Below, piece by piece: positions 26,417 to 35,551 of a stretch of DNA of 35,551 bases (its first letter is position 1; every line of letters starts with the position of its first letter). The notes under the pieces are model-generated. The model saw nothing but the letters and a program-made list of their open reading frames with translations. It searched no databases and had not been told where the DNA came from. The stretch comes from Paludibacteraceae bacterium. Its GTDB lineage: Bacteria > Bacillota_I > Bacilli_A > RFN20 > CAG-288. The position numbers and the translations under genes are program-made. The stretch lies in assembly GCA_963617725.1 (NCBI GenBank), contig CAVEQA010000002.1, positions 1 to 35,551 on the forward strand. Direction: 5' to 3'.

Positions 26417-26445
26417 TTGAAAAAATGTATACTTGTTGATATAAT
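26417..26445 (+). promoter_or_regulatory. Near-consensus sigma-70-type promoter for rpsT
   Basis: TTGAAA (26417-26422), a 17-nt spacer, then an extended -10 TGATATAAT with the TATAAT at 26440-26445. Confidence 0.6.
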
Positions 26446-26494
26446 TTTTAATTGCCGTTGATTATATAGTTTTAGATAATAGGAGAATAAATTT

Positions 26495-26767
26495 ATGGCT
26501 AACATTAAATCACAAAAGAAGAGAATCTTAACTGCTGAAAGAAATAGACAAGCTAATGCTTCTTTCAAAACTAAGATGAGACATGCTATCAAAGCTGTCA
26601 ATGTCGCTTTAGAAGATGGCAAAGTTGAAGATGCTGAAAAGCTTCTTGTCGTTGCTGTTTCTTTAATTGACAAATCAGTTAAGAATGGTATCCAAAAGAA
26701 AAATACAGCTGCTAGACAAAAGTCTACCCTTATGAAGGCTGTTAACGCTGCTAAGAAAGCTGCTTAA
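26495..26767 (+). CDS. rpsT: 30S ribosomal protein S20
   Basis: MANIKSQKKRILTAERNRQANASFKTKMR..., 90 aa, with an AGGAGA Shine-Dalgarno. Confidence 0.95.
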   Translation: MANIKSQKKRILTAERNRQANASFKTKMRHAIKAVNVALEDGKVEDAEKLLVVAVSLIDKSVKNGIQKKNTAARQKSTLMKAVNAAKKAA

Positions 26768-26795
26768 TAAATTTTCTTCTCAATTTAAAATAAAG

Positions 26796-26821
26796 GCGTA
26801 ACCGAATGGTTACGCTTTTTG
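26796..26821 (+). terminator. Intrinsic terminator of rpsT, possibly also serving the convergent aminopeptidase gene
   Basis: Stem gcgtaacc (26796-26803) pairs with ggttacgc (26808-26815) around the loop gaat, followed by TTTTT. Confidence 0.75.
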
Positions 26822-26835
26822 TGGATTCATTATTT

Positions 26836-28149
26836 TTATTTCAACTCAATGCTATTAGAAGTGATTTTGATATTACTGGAATAGAAGAGTTCAACAAATG
26901 CCTTCATTGCTTCTAAATCATATTTACCCATGACTTCATAAGATGAGTGCATTGAAAGTTGTCCGATACCGATATCAACACTGGTAAGTGAGACCATCGA
27001 GTTAGAGATATTTCCTAAAGTAGAACCACCTCTCATATCTGAACGATTTGTGTAATCTTGATAATGGATATCGTAATTATCACAGATCAATTTGACAATC
27101 GCACTTGAGAAACTATCAGAGGTATAGCTTTGATTAGCATTATATTTGATGACGATACCATGATTCATCAAGATTGAGGTTGTCTTATCTTTGATTTCAA
27201 GATAATTTGGATGATCAGCGTGGGCATTATCGATGCTGATAAGACAAGACTTTGCAATTTCTTTTTCAAAGTCATCATCAGCGTGTTTAAATATTTTGGA
27301 AATTCGTTTTAGTGTTTCTTTTAAGAAGGTTGAATTAGCTCCTTGCTTTGTAAGACTTCCGACTTCTTCATTGTCGAATGCTACAAAGACAGAGACTGTA
27401 TCATCAGTATTTTTGCTATCTAAAAATCCGAGTAAGGCTGAGTAACAAGAAGCTAAATCATCCTCTCTTGGGGAGCCTAATAATTCTTGATTTTTACCGA
27501 TGACAGTCGGTTTTTGTCTATTATAGAGGAATAGATCATATCCTTTGATTTCATATGATTTATCGAGATTCAATTTTTCTAATAAATAGGAGTCGAATGA
27601 AAAATCATCTCTTTCATCAAGAGCGAAGATAGGAAGTAAATCCTTACTTGGATTGTATTTAAATCCTGAATTTATCTCTCTATTCATATGGATGCATAGA
27701 TTTGGAATTATCAAAAGATCTTCATCGATGGCTAATAATTTTGTTTGAATCTTTCTTCCATTCTGACTCACCATAACTCTTCCTGCAAATGATAAAGGCT
27801 TATCTAGCCAGGTGTTGTGGATTAACCCGCCATAGGGTTCGGTGTTTAAAAGAATAGCAGTTTCTTTTCTTATAACAGGATCTGGTTTGATTTTAAAGGT
27901 TGGAGAATCAGTATGACTTGCTGTTATTTGGAAATGAAAATCTGACATATCCTTTGGCAACTTAAAAGCGATGATACTTGAATCATTGCGCTTTACATAA
28001 TATTTATTACCAGGTGTCAATTCATAATTTTCTTCTTCTGAAAGAAGGGTGAAATCCTTGCGTTTCAACTCTTCTTCGATGTTTTTGACAACGTGATAAG
28101 GTGAATATGATTTATTCAATAAATCGATAGTTTTTTTGATTGTATTCAT
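26836..28149 (-). CDS. M18-family aminopeptidase
   Basis: 437 aa with SPYHVV, ASHTDSP, AFDNEEVGS and SMHS motifs typical of M18 aspartyl/aminopeptidase I-like enzymes. Confidence 0.85.
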   Translation of the reverse strand: MNTIKKTIDLLNKSYSPYHVVKNIEEELKRKDFTLLSEEENYELTPGNKYYVKRNDSSIIAFKLPKDMSDFHFQITASHTDSPTFKIKPDPVIRKETAILLNTEPYGGLIHNTWLDKPLSFAGRVMVSQNGRKIQTKLLAIDEDLLIIPNLCIHMNREINSGFKYNPSKDLLPIFALDERDDFSFDSYLLEKLNLDKSYEIKGYDLFLYNRQKPTVIGKNQELLGSPREDDLASCYSALLGFLDSKNTDDTVSVFVAFDNEEVGSLTKQGANSTFLKETLKRISKIFKHADDDFEKEIAKSCLISIDNAHADHPNYLEIKDKTTSILMNHGIVIKYNANQSYTSDSFSSAIVKLICDNYDIHYQDYTNRSDMRGGSTLGNISNSMVSLTSVDIGIGQLSMHSSYEVMGKYDLEAMKAFVELFYSSNIKITSNSIELK

Positions 28150-28157
28150 ACATTCTC

Positions 28158-29174
28158 CTATTTATTTAAATATTTTTTCTTGAATAAAGATAAAAATAAA
28201 TACATTCTTTCATCGGGATTATCTAAGTTGAATTTGATATCTCTTTCGATATCAGATAGCTCAAGTAGAGCTTTCAAGAGATTTTGATAAGTGATATATT
28301 GAACTTCTTTTTTCTTGTAGTATAAGGATTTTGGATTTTTTATTTGAAGCTGTGAGCAGATATCACTGTCGCTAGAATTGCGTTCGATATGGTATTTTAA
28401 AAGTGCGTAATTTTTAAGTACGGAAACAATTCCTGGAATGATCATCAAAACATTAGTTCCTGAGGTTCTTACATCTTTATAAATACATAAGGCTTCATTT
28501 GTCTTTTTGTTCAACAATAATTTTATAATATCGAAAAAATTGACTTCTAAAGGTTCGTGCACTAGAAGTTTGACGTCATCAATTCTGACCCTATCAGTGT
28601 AGAGAAATAATTTTGTGAGTTCGTTATTGAAAAGCATAAAATTTCCGTGAACTTTATAATTTTCTTTATAACTAGTTCTTTTATATAGCTCTTCACTAGC
28701 TTCTCTATCGATATCTTTATTCTCTTCCTTGGCTTTTCTTAAAGCGTAAGTCACATAATCATCAAGTGTCATTTCCGAACAATTGTTGAAGACAGCACTC
28801 TCTTCTTTTAAGATTTTCAACACTTCGCTTTTTGAATCTAAGTCTGAGCTTGCAACCAAAAAAAGATCAATAGATTCTTCTGGAGATTTTAAGTAATTGA
28901 TAAATCCTTCATAATCTTGTTGTGAATCTTTGATTTGTACTTTGACATTTTTACCGCTGGAAGAAAGAAAATAACAATTGGTGACTAAGATGACTTTTTT
29001 AGGTTCAAAAAGAGAAAGGGAGAGACAATCATCGACTATCTCGGATAGATTGTTGTTATAACAATCATATTTGATAAGATTATCTACCCCCGATCTTATC
29101 ATTTGTTTTTTTACTTCTTCTTTAGCTTTAGTCAAGGTTAAACCATAATCGCTTCCGAAGAAAACAAATATCAT
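28158..29174 (-). CDS. holA: DNA polymerase III delta subunit
   Basis: 338 aa. The N-terminus IFVFFGSDYGL, the overall length and a helical C-terminal domain fit HolA. Similarity is weak, as is usual for this family. Confidence 0.7.
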   Translation of the reverse strand: MIFVFFGSDYGLTLTKAKEEVKKQMIRSGVDNLIKYDCYNNNLSEIVDDCLSLSLFEPKKVILVTNCYFLSSSGKNVKVQIKDSQQDYEGFINYLKSPEESIDLFLVASSDLDSKSEVLKILKEESAVFNNCSEMTLDDYVTYALRKAKEENKDIDREASEELYKRTSYKENYKVHGNFMLFNNELTKLFLYTDRVRIDDVKLLVHEPLEVNFFDIIKLLLNKKTNEALCIYKDVRTSGTNVLMIIPGIVSVLKNYALLKYHIERNSSDSDICSQLQIKNPKSLYYKKKEVQYITYQNLLKALLELSDIERDIKFNLDNPDERMYLFLSLFKKKYLNK

Positions 29175-29177
29175 CTT

Positions 29178-29678
29178 TTAAATTCTTTCTGGTTCTTTGA
29201 TATCTTCGTCTTCAACTATAGCTTTTTCAATGATGACAGCTTTGATTGGCTTATCGTTAAATCCAGTTTTGGAAGCTGCGATTTTATCGACGACATCCAT
29301 TCCGGAGACGACGTGTCCGAAAGCTGCATATTGACCATCTAAGAATTCATCATCAGCATCGCAGATGAAGAATTGGCTACCAGCAGAGTCTGGTTCTTGA
29401 GTTCTTGCCATGGAGATGACACCTCTTTTATGTGAGATCTTATTATCGACACCATTGGCTTTGAATTCACCTTTGATACAGTATCCTGGTCCTCCACTTC
29501 CAGTGCCGGTTGGATCACCACCTTGGATCATGAAATTTTGGATGACTCTGTGGAAGATCTTTCCATTGTAGAAGCCTTTGCTTGCTAAATATGCGAAATT
29601 GGTTGAAGAAATAGGAGCATTTTCATAATCCAATTCGATTTTGATCTCTCCTAATCCGTAAATTTTAAGTGTTACCAT
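29178..29678 (-). CDS. ppiB: Peptidyl-prolyl cis-trans isomerase, cyclophilin type
   Basis: FHRVIQNFMIQGGDP and SAGSQFFI motifs. I chose the ATG at 29678, preceded by AAAGGA; the track start at 29696 is a TTG. Confidence 0.9.
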   Translation of the reverse strand: MVTLKIYGLGEIKIELDYENAPISSTNFAYLASKGFYNGKIFHRVIQNFMIQGGDPTGTGSGGPGYCIKGEFKANGVDNKISHKRGVISMARTQEPDSAGSQFFICDADDEFLDGQYAAFGHVVSGMDVVDKIAASKTGFNDKPIKAVIIEKAIVEDEDIKEPERI

Positions 29679-29742
29679 GTTGATTTTTCCTTTCAATATA
29701 AAGACAAGGCTGTTTCAATAGAAACAACCTTGTTTTAAGATT

Positions 29743-30492
29743 TTATTTCTTGACAGAATCTTGATTCTTAACAGCGTTGATCTTTGCTTCAATAGCAGCT
29801 TGATCACCTAAATAATAGTCTTTGATAACTTTGAGATCATCATCGAGTTCAAAGACATATGGAACGCCAGTAGGAATGTTTAAGCCAGCGATATCTTCAT
29901 CAGAGATGTTCTTGAGATATTTGACAAGAGCTCTTAAGGAATTACCATGAGCGGCGATTAAAACCTTTTTGCCAGCCTTGATTTCTGGAACGATGACATC
30001 ATTGTAATATGGAACAACACGAGCGATTGTATCCTTTAATGATTCATGAAGTGGTAATTCTTTCTTGTCGACATTCTTATACATATCTTGAAGAGCTGGA
30101 TTTCTTGGATCGTTTTCTTCAAGAGCTGGTGGAGCGATATCAAAAGATCTTCTCCATTGGTGGACTTGCTCAGCACCATATTTTTCAGCTGTCTCTTTCT
30201 TGTTGAGACCTTGTAAAGCACCATAATGTCTTTCGTTTAAACGATAATCCTTGATGACTGGAAGATAGGCTTGATCAACACCATCAAGAACGTGCCAACA
30301 AGTGTGAATAGCTCTCTTTAAAGTAGAGGTATAAGCGACATCGAAACGGAAACCTGCTTCATTTAAAAGCTTTCCGCCAGTGATGGCTTCTTGGACACCT
30401 TTTTCAGATAATTCGACATCAGTCCATCCGGTGAAGAGATTCAATTTATTCCATTCGGATTCACCATGACGGATAAGAACTAATTTAGTCAT
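29743..30492 (-). CDS. gpmA: 2,3-bisphosphoglycerate-dependent phosphoglycerate mutase
   Basis: [23 protein letters not shown] starts at the ATG at 30492, preceded by GGAGG. The 96-aa N-terminal extension in the track ORF is spurious. Confidence 0.95.
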   Translation of the reverse strand: MTKLVLIRHGESEWNKLNLFTGWTDVELSEKGVQEAITGGKLLNEAGFRFDVAYTSTLKRAIHTCWHVLDGVDQAYLPVIKDYRLNERHYGALQGLNKKETAEKYGAEQVHQWRRSFDIAPPALEENDPRNPALQDMYKNVDKKELPLHESLKDTIARVVPYYNDVIVPEIKAGKKVLIAAHGNSLRALVKYLKNISDEDIAGLNIPTGVPYVFELDDDLKVIKDYYLGDQAAIEAKINAVKNQDSVKK

Positions 30493-30579
30493 ATGACTTC
30501 CTCCATTTTTTAACTTAAATATTATAAGACAAATCGGAAGAAAAATAATAGAATAATATTGTATTAAAAGAGATAAATT

Positions 30580-31182
30580 ATGAATTTTTACGATTTTAAA
30601 TATAGAGATAGCAAGCAAAACGAAATAGATTTTAAAAATTACTTTGGAAAAATAGTGCTGATTGTGAATACTGCTATTCACGATACTTTTTCTCTTGATT
30701 ATAAAAGGATGGAAAAATGTTACCGAAAATATAAGGAATATGATTTTGAAATCCTTGATTTCCCTTGTGATCAATTTCACGGAATGACACCAGAAGATGA
30801 TGAGGAAATATCTAAAATTTTAAAAGAAGAATATGATGTCACCTTCACTCGATTTTTAAAATGTGAGGTGAAAGGCGAAAATAAAATTGAGTTATACGAT
30901 TTCCTCACTAAAAAAAGAGGATTTAAAGGGATGGATATAACTCATCCGATGACTAAAGTCATCAATTCTTACAACATCAAAAATGGTATCATTTCAAATA
31001 AAAATAGTGAAATCCGCTGGAATTTCACTAAATTTCTTGTGGATAGATATGGTAATGTTGTTAAAAGATTTGAACCGACAACTGATTTTGAGATGATTGA
31101 AAAAGAGATAAAGAAATTGATAAATACTCAACCACAATTTGAAATCGATACTAATACAGGATTGATGAAAGAAAAAATATAA
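30580..31182 (+). CDS. Glutathione-peroxidase-fold protein lacking the peroxidatic Cys
   Basis: [12 protein letters not shown] aligns to [21 protein letters not shown] aligns to FPCNQFxxQEPG, and [20 protein letters not shown] is conserved. Confidence 0.8.
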   Translation: MNFYDFKYRDSKQNEIDFKNYFGKIVLIVNTAIHDTFSLDYKRMEKCYRKYKEYDFEILDFPCDQFHGMTPEDDEEISKILKEEYDVTFTRFLKCEVKGENKIELYDFLTKKRGFKGMDITHPMTKVINSYNIKNGIISNKNSEIRWNFTKFLVDRYGNVVKRFEPTTDFEMIEKEIKKLINTQPQFEIDTNTGLMKEKI

Positions 31183-31183
31183 T

Positions 31184-31207
31184 AAAAAAAGAACTCTTAA
31201 TGAGTTC
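31184..31207 (-). terminator. Weak intrinsic terminator downstream of tRNA-Arg
   Basis: The 6-bp stem gaactc pairs with gagttc (31191-31207), followed by a T-run on the minus strand. Confidence 0.4.
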
Positions 31208-31220
31208 AGTTTAACGATAG

Positions 31221-31297
<77 letters not shown>

Positions 31298-31471
31298 AAC
31301 AAATAAAGCTTAATAATGATATACCATCGAATTTTAAATTTCAAGCTTTTTTTAATTTTTTGATGATATTCGACATATTTCAAAATTTTGACTTAAAATT
31401 TTATGCTGTTTTAGTTACTCTTAAAGATATATTTTGCTAGAATAGTAACATTGTCTTTAACGAGGTTATTT

Positions 31472-32464
31472 ATGGATAAAAAAGATTATAAAAAATTTCA
31501 CGATGAATTTAAATATTTAGAAAAGAGAATCAAAGATGAAAAGAGAATTGTCATCTATCGACATGTCTCACCTGATTTTGATGCTCTTGGAAGTCAATAC
31601 GGCTTAGCTAATTGGATCAAAGAGAACTATCCTGATAAGGAAGTCTATTGTGTTGGTGAAAATCAACCTAATTTTCAACCATCTATTTTCCCACTTTGTC
31701 CTGTCTTACCAGAATCCTTCTATGAAAAATATAACAAAGAACATTTAGCGATTACAGTCGATGTCGCTGATACTAAAAGAATCTCTGATAATCATATCGA
31801 TAAAGCTGATGAAGTCATCAAACTCGACCATCATCCCCTTCCAATTGAACAATATCAATTCGGAGATTATTTGATTGTCCATCCTGAAAGACCAGCAGCT
31901 AGTGAAATTATCGCTTTATTTGTTCTTTCTAGAGGTAAAGGGACTAAGGTCAGCAAGAGGACTGCTGAATATTTATATTGCGGTATTGTCGGTGATACTG
32001 GAAGATTTTTATATGAAGATGCTGATGATGCAACCTTGAGAATCAGCGCTGACTTATTAGCCTTAGGTGTTGATAAGACAAGCATCTATGACCGCATGTA
32101 TGAAACTGATTTAAGAAAGATGAATATTTTGAAATATTGTCTCAACAATTTCCATCTCACTGAGAAGGGAACTTGTTATTATGTCTTGACCCAAAAAGTC
32201 ATGGATGAACTTCAAATGACAAGCGATGAAGGAAATCTTCATATCAACACCTTCAGAAATATGAAAGGTGTCCGTTGTGTTTGTTCCATCACTGAAGATA
32301 TCAAAAACAACAATTTCCGCGTATCTCTTCGTTCATCTCATACTAAAGTCTCACCTGCTGCTAATAAATTCGATGGTGGTGGCCATGATTATGCCGCTGG
32401 TTGTAAAATAAAAAACTTGGACGAACTTGATAAGCTCATCCAAGCATGTGATGAATTAGAGTAG
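31472..32464 (+). CDS. nrnA: DHH/DHHA1 phosphoesterase (NrnA-type oligoribonuclease / pAp phosphatase)
   Basis: HVSPDFDALGS, DHHP and the DHHA1 motif GGGHDYAAG. I chose the ATG at 31472; the track start at 31451 is a TTG. Confidence 0.85.
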   Translation: MDKKDYKKFHDEFKYLEKRIKDEKRIVIYRHVSPDFDALGSQYGLANWIKENYPDKEVYCVGENQPNFQPSIFPLCPVLPESFYEKYNKEHLAITVDVADTKRISDNHIDKADEVIKLDHHPLPIEQYQFGDYLIVHPERPAASEIIALFVLSRGKGTKVSKRTAEYLYCGIVGDTGRFLYEDADDATLRISADLLALGVDKTSIYDRMYETDLRKMNILKYCLNNFHLTEKGTCYYVLTQKVMDELQMTSDEGNLHINTFRNMKGVRCVCSITEDIKNNNFRVSLRSSHTKVSPAANKFDGGGHDYAAGCKIKNLDELDKLIQACDELE

Positions 32465-32707
32465 TTATTTAGCTAAATATTTGATAGCATAAGAACAAGT
32501 TGCAAGTAGCTTCTTGTTCTTTTTTTTTGCTAATGATTTCATCTCTTCTAAAAGTTTTGCAGCGATTCCTTGACCACGGAGTGAAGAATCGACATAGGTT
32601 TTATCGATTGTCAAAGAAATTTCATCTTCGATATAATGACAAAACGCTAATTCAACACCATCGACTAAATACGAGATTTTATCAGCTTCATTTTTGAATG
32701 TAACCAT
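32465..32707 (-). CDS. Small GNAT-like N-acetyltransferase (YjdJ-like single-domain type)
   Basis: 80 aa with the acetyl-CoA binding signature RGQGIAAKLLEE and a C-terminal CSY motif. Confidence 0.7.
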   Translation of the reverse strand: MVTFKNEADKISYLVDGVELAFCHYIEDEISLTIDKTYVDSSLRGQGIAAKLLEEMKSLAKKKNKKLLATCSYAIKYLAK

Positions 32708-34295
32708 CTTTGATCAAATCCTCCTTTGAAAATCCTAACATCGATTTTACAAATTCATTGACATATTTTTTGAATTTAGGCAATGATTTCTTGACATAAA
32801 TGCCGTGGTAATAGAAATAGGCTAACATCAAATAAGCCTGGTTATAATCACTGATTGAGGCAAGTTCTGCTTTTTCAAATGCTTGTTTATATTTCTTTTT
32901 AGCAAGATTATCTAAGACTTCAAGGGGAACAAAAGAATTTTTTTTGATATTATAAAGTCTTTCCTTAGCAAGCTTTTTCTTTTGTTCATCCGTGAGTTTT
33001 TCATTGCTGATGAATTCTTTGACTTCAAGAAGGTCTAATTCACTGCAGGTTTTATAAAAATCAGGAATATAAGATACAAAAGTTTTATAATCTCTTTTTT
33101 CAAAGTAGTATAAGCTCTTTAAAAAACTTCCGATATTGGATTCGCTTTGAACAGTGGTGGCTATTTTAAAAGCTTCTTCAAGATCTTTCTCAGTTCCAAA
33201 GCCATAGAGATTCATATAGAAAAGATAGATGTTTGCTTTTGAAAATTTGAGTTTATACTGAACTTCTGAGAAGATTTGGTAAGCTTTTTTAAAATCGACA
33301 GGAAAATCTTGGAAAAGATTCATATAGCATTCTCCGTATTTGACCATCGCTGATTCAATTCCGTAATCGGAGGCTTCTTTCATTTTTCTGATATAGCGAT
33401 CTACCATCGATTTTTTATGAATTGGGAAATTCTCATCATAAATTTCAAGTTTATCTTCATCAAATGTGTGGAGTCTTTTGATGGCTTTAAAAAGAGGAAA
33501 ATCGATTCTATAATTTTCAATCTCTTTAGTATCTAAGAAGCAATTGTAGTATTGATTGAAATAATCGATTGCTACATCCATATCTTTAGAGACTACATTT
33601 CCTTCATAATAGATCTTTGAAAAAACTAAAAATCTTGTAGCTAAATTGATATCTTTTAGTTCACTGTATTTAGCAAAGGCTCTTTCTTTATCAGTGGTTT
33701 CTAATGATTTTGCTTCTTTATAGATATTTTTGAATTTTGTAAGACTTTCATTTCTCATCTTTTCAAACATAAAGGCTTCTTCATCTTGATTGACGCCTCT
33801 TGAAAACTGATCGAGATTCATATTGTTGAGTTGATCGATTAATTTGTCATTGGCTTTGATAACATATCTAAAGGCTTTATCTTCATCTTTAAATCCGTTA
33901 GAACCATCAAGATATATTCTTGCTAAATACAAATCACCTTCGACATTTAAGTTATCGGATTCATTTTCCAAAAAATAATCAATAGCTTTATCAGCATCTT
34001 TATCGACACCAATACCATTGAGGTAAAAAAGTCCCATCAAATTGGAAAAATAATAATCAGAAGGATCTTTTGAATAAATATCTTTTAAAATAGACATAGC
34101 AAATTTGTAATCAAAATCTTCATTTTGATTACTGCTAAAATGGATGACTAAAAACTTACCAGCGTCTAAATTGCCGTTTTCATAGGCTTCTTTTGCCATC
34201 TCAATATAGCTTTTAAAAATGTACTTAGGCAGTGATTTACCTAAGATCAAATCATGCATCAATTGTTGTATTAAAAAATTCCGATTATCGTCCAT
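32688..34295 (-). CDS. Sel1-like/TPR repeat protein
   Basis: 535 aa with repeated units of the form Y..G.GV.KD...A..YF, for example LNGIGVDKDADKAIDYF, YEGNVVSKDMDVAIDYF and YGFGTEKDLEEAFK. Confidence 0.75.
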   Translation of the reverse strand: MDDNRNFLIQQLMHDLILGKSLPKYIFKSYIEMAKEAYENGNLDAGKFLVIHFSSNQNEDFDYKFAMSILKDIYSKDPSDYYFSNLMGLFYLNGIGVDKDADKAIDYFLENESDNLNVEGDLYLARIYLDGSNGFKDEDKAFRYVIKANDKLIDQLNNMNLDQFSRGVNQDEEAFMFEKMRNESLTKFKNIYKEAKSLETTDKERAFAKYSELKDINLATRFLVFSKIYYEGNVVSKDMDVAIDYFNQYYNCFLDTKEIENYRIDFPLFKAIKRLHTFDEDKLEIYDENFPIHKKSMVDRYIRKMKEASDYGIESAMVKYGECYMNLFQDFPVDFKKAYQIFSEVQYKLKFSKANIYLFYMNLYGFGTEKDLEEAFKIATTVQSESNIGSFLKSLYYFEKRDYKTFVSYIPDFYKTCSELDLLEVKEFISNEKLTDEQKKKLAKERLYNIKKNSFVPLEVLDNLAKKKYKQAFEKAELASISDYNQAYLMLAYFYYHGIYVKKSLPKFKKYVNEFVKSMLGFSKEDLIKDGYIQK

Positions 34296-34448
34296 ATATC
34301 AATCCTTTCTAAGCTTGTTTATTTTATCATTTTAAGCTAGTGTTTTCATCAATTAAAACCATAAGAAAAATATTTTTTAAAAGAATTTTACAGTTGTAGA
34401 CTTTTAAAGATTCTTTTAATAAAATATATTTTTGAAATTGAGGTCCTT

Positions 34449-35498
34449 ATGAATAAAAAAGAAAAGAAAAAAATAGATCCAGTCAAAGATCGTCAAATCG
34501 AATTATACCAAGAATATTATGATGTCGATGAAGCCAATAAAACAATTGATATATCTTTGCACTATGAAAAAGCTAGTGAACTATTGAATTTGAATATGTG
34601 CAAAAAAGAACATCCCTTGTTTGGAAAATCATTCCTTGAAGAAGTCCAAGAGATCATTGAAAATGCACCGATAGGATATAAACTCCATCTGAATTTTGAA
34701 ATCGATGATTATGAAGGATATGATCCAAAAGTGCTGATCAAATCATTTAATGATACATTAGAACTTGGACAATACAACTCTCGAAATGAAAAACAGAGAA
34801 AGCAGTGGATATCAGCAATCTTAGTACTCATAGGTATTCTCATCTTATTTATGATGACAATCATCAAAGACAATGAGATCTTAGGAGAAGGAATAAGATC
34901 ATCGATAATCACAGAAGTTATGGATATCATCGCATGGGTATTTGTTTGGGAAGCAGCAACTATCTTATTCTTAGATCATTCTGAACAAACAAAACTGACA
35001 CTCTTTATCAAACACAGAGTTTCAAAAATAGCTATGTATCAAACAGGAAGTGAAAATCCTCTTATAGTAGAAGAAGGAAATAATGTCTTTTCAAAATGGA
35101 CAGATGAGAAAGTTAAAAAGATAGGTAAATACTCACTCTTGATATCTAGTTCATTCATCCTCTTTATGTCATTTTATAATATCTATGCATTCATTATCCA
35201 AGTAAAAGGGGATCAAATTGAAAAAGCCGATTTTGCTCTCAATCTTATTGTTTTAATAATAACTACCATATTAGCAATTTTAGCTGGAATTGCTGGTATC
35301 TTGACATTCAATGGTAAAAAATCAAAAATAACAAAATTTGTTGGAATCTACGCAATCATTTTATTAGTTATTGTCATATTGCAAATTATCATGACAATCT
35401 CTTATAGAGAACCAGTATATGTCGTATCAGCAATCTTCTCATTCATCTTTAACCTGTTCTATATCTTTGGATATTTTGTCAATAAATACGCAAAATAG
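34449..35498 (+). CDS. Hypothetical polytopic membrane protein
   Basis: 349 aa with a soluble N-terminal region of about 120 aa followed by 5-6 hydrophobic helices. GAGGT Shine-Dalgarno. I recognise no motif. Confidence 0.55.
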   Translation: MNKKEKKKIDPVKDRQIELYQEYYDVDEANKTIDISLHYEKASELLNLNMCKKEHPLFGKSFLEEVQEIIENAPIGYKLHLNFEIDDYEGYDPKVLIKSFNDTLELGQYNSRNEKQRKQWISAILVLIGILILFMMTIIKDNEILGEGIRSSIITEVMDIIAWVFVWEAATILFLDHSEQTKLTLFIKHRVSKIAMYQTGSENPLIVEEGNNVFSKWTDEKVKKIGKYSLLISSSFILFMSFYNIYAFIIQVKGDQIEKADFALNLIVLIITTILAILAGIAGILTFNGKKSKITKFVGIYAIILLVIVILQIIMTISYREPVYVVSAIFSFIFNLFYIFGYFVNKYAK

Positions 35499-35551
35499 AA
35501 AAAATATTGTCAGTTTTAAACCTAAGTGCAACGCTAAAAGAAGAATAACAT

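Noticed and set aside
30493-30780. 96-aa N-terminal extension of the gpmA ORF
   Set aside because: The canonical GpmA N-terminus ([15 protein letters not shown]) begins at the ATG at 30492, directly after GGAGG. The extension is low-complexity, crosses the divergent promoter region and overlaps the start of the plus-strand GPx-like gene.

Overview
Low-GC (roughly 30-35% by eye) bacterial chromosomal segment. It uses the standard code: TGA acts as a stop (for example at the dtd/mnmA ATGA junction) and Trp is TGG. Gene content and style suggest a reduced-genome Bacillota/Mycoplasmatota-like lineage (Erysipelotrichia, Acholeplasma or RF39-like), but I cannot assign taxonomy without a search. Most of the window is tightly packed housekeeping: rarA, punA, dtd, mnmA, rpsU, tkt, trmL, an aminopeptidase P, an archaeal-type proS, acpP, three tRNAs, aguA-aguB, xth, an RNase J homolog, deoC, rpsT, an M18 aminopeptidase, holA, ppiB, gpmA and nrnA. 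All product calls rest on my own motif recognition in the translated ORFs; no database search was run. The most accessory-looking stretch is 14.2-19.7 kb, just downstream of a tRNA-Asn/tRNA-Glu pair. It holds an ATC-hydrolase-like gene, a lipoprotein, an orphan YjjI-family glycyl-radical enzyme with its YjjW-type activase, and a convergent uridine-kinase-like/CYTH fusion protein. Other points worth a second look: a roughly 240-nt terminator-capped non-coding stretch upstream of tkt, and a tRNA-Asn with C at the normally invariant U33 and U55. Three proteins keep their fold signatures but have lost catalytic residues: a GGDEF/EAL-like membrane protein, the RNase J homolog and a glutathione-peroxidase-like protein. 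There is also a decayed DUF438-like pseudogene. I saw no CRISPR array, transposase, integrase or recognisable defence system. Several ORF-track starts are TTG/GTG artefacts and I re-set them to ATG codons preceded by Shine-Dalgarno sequences.
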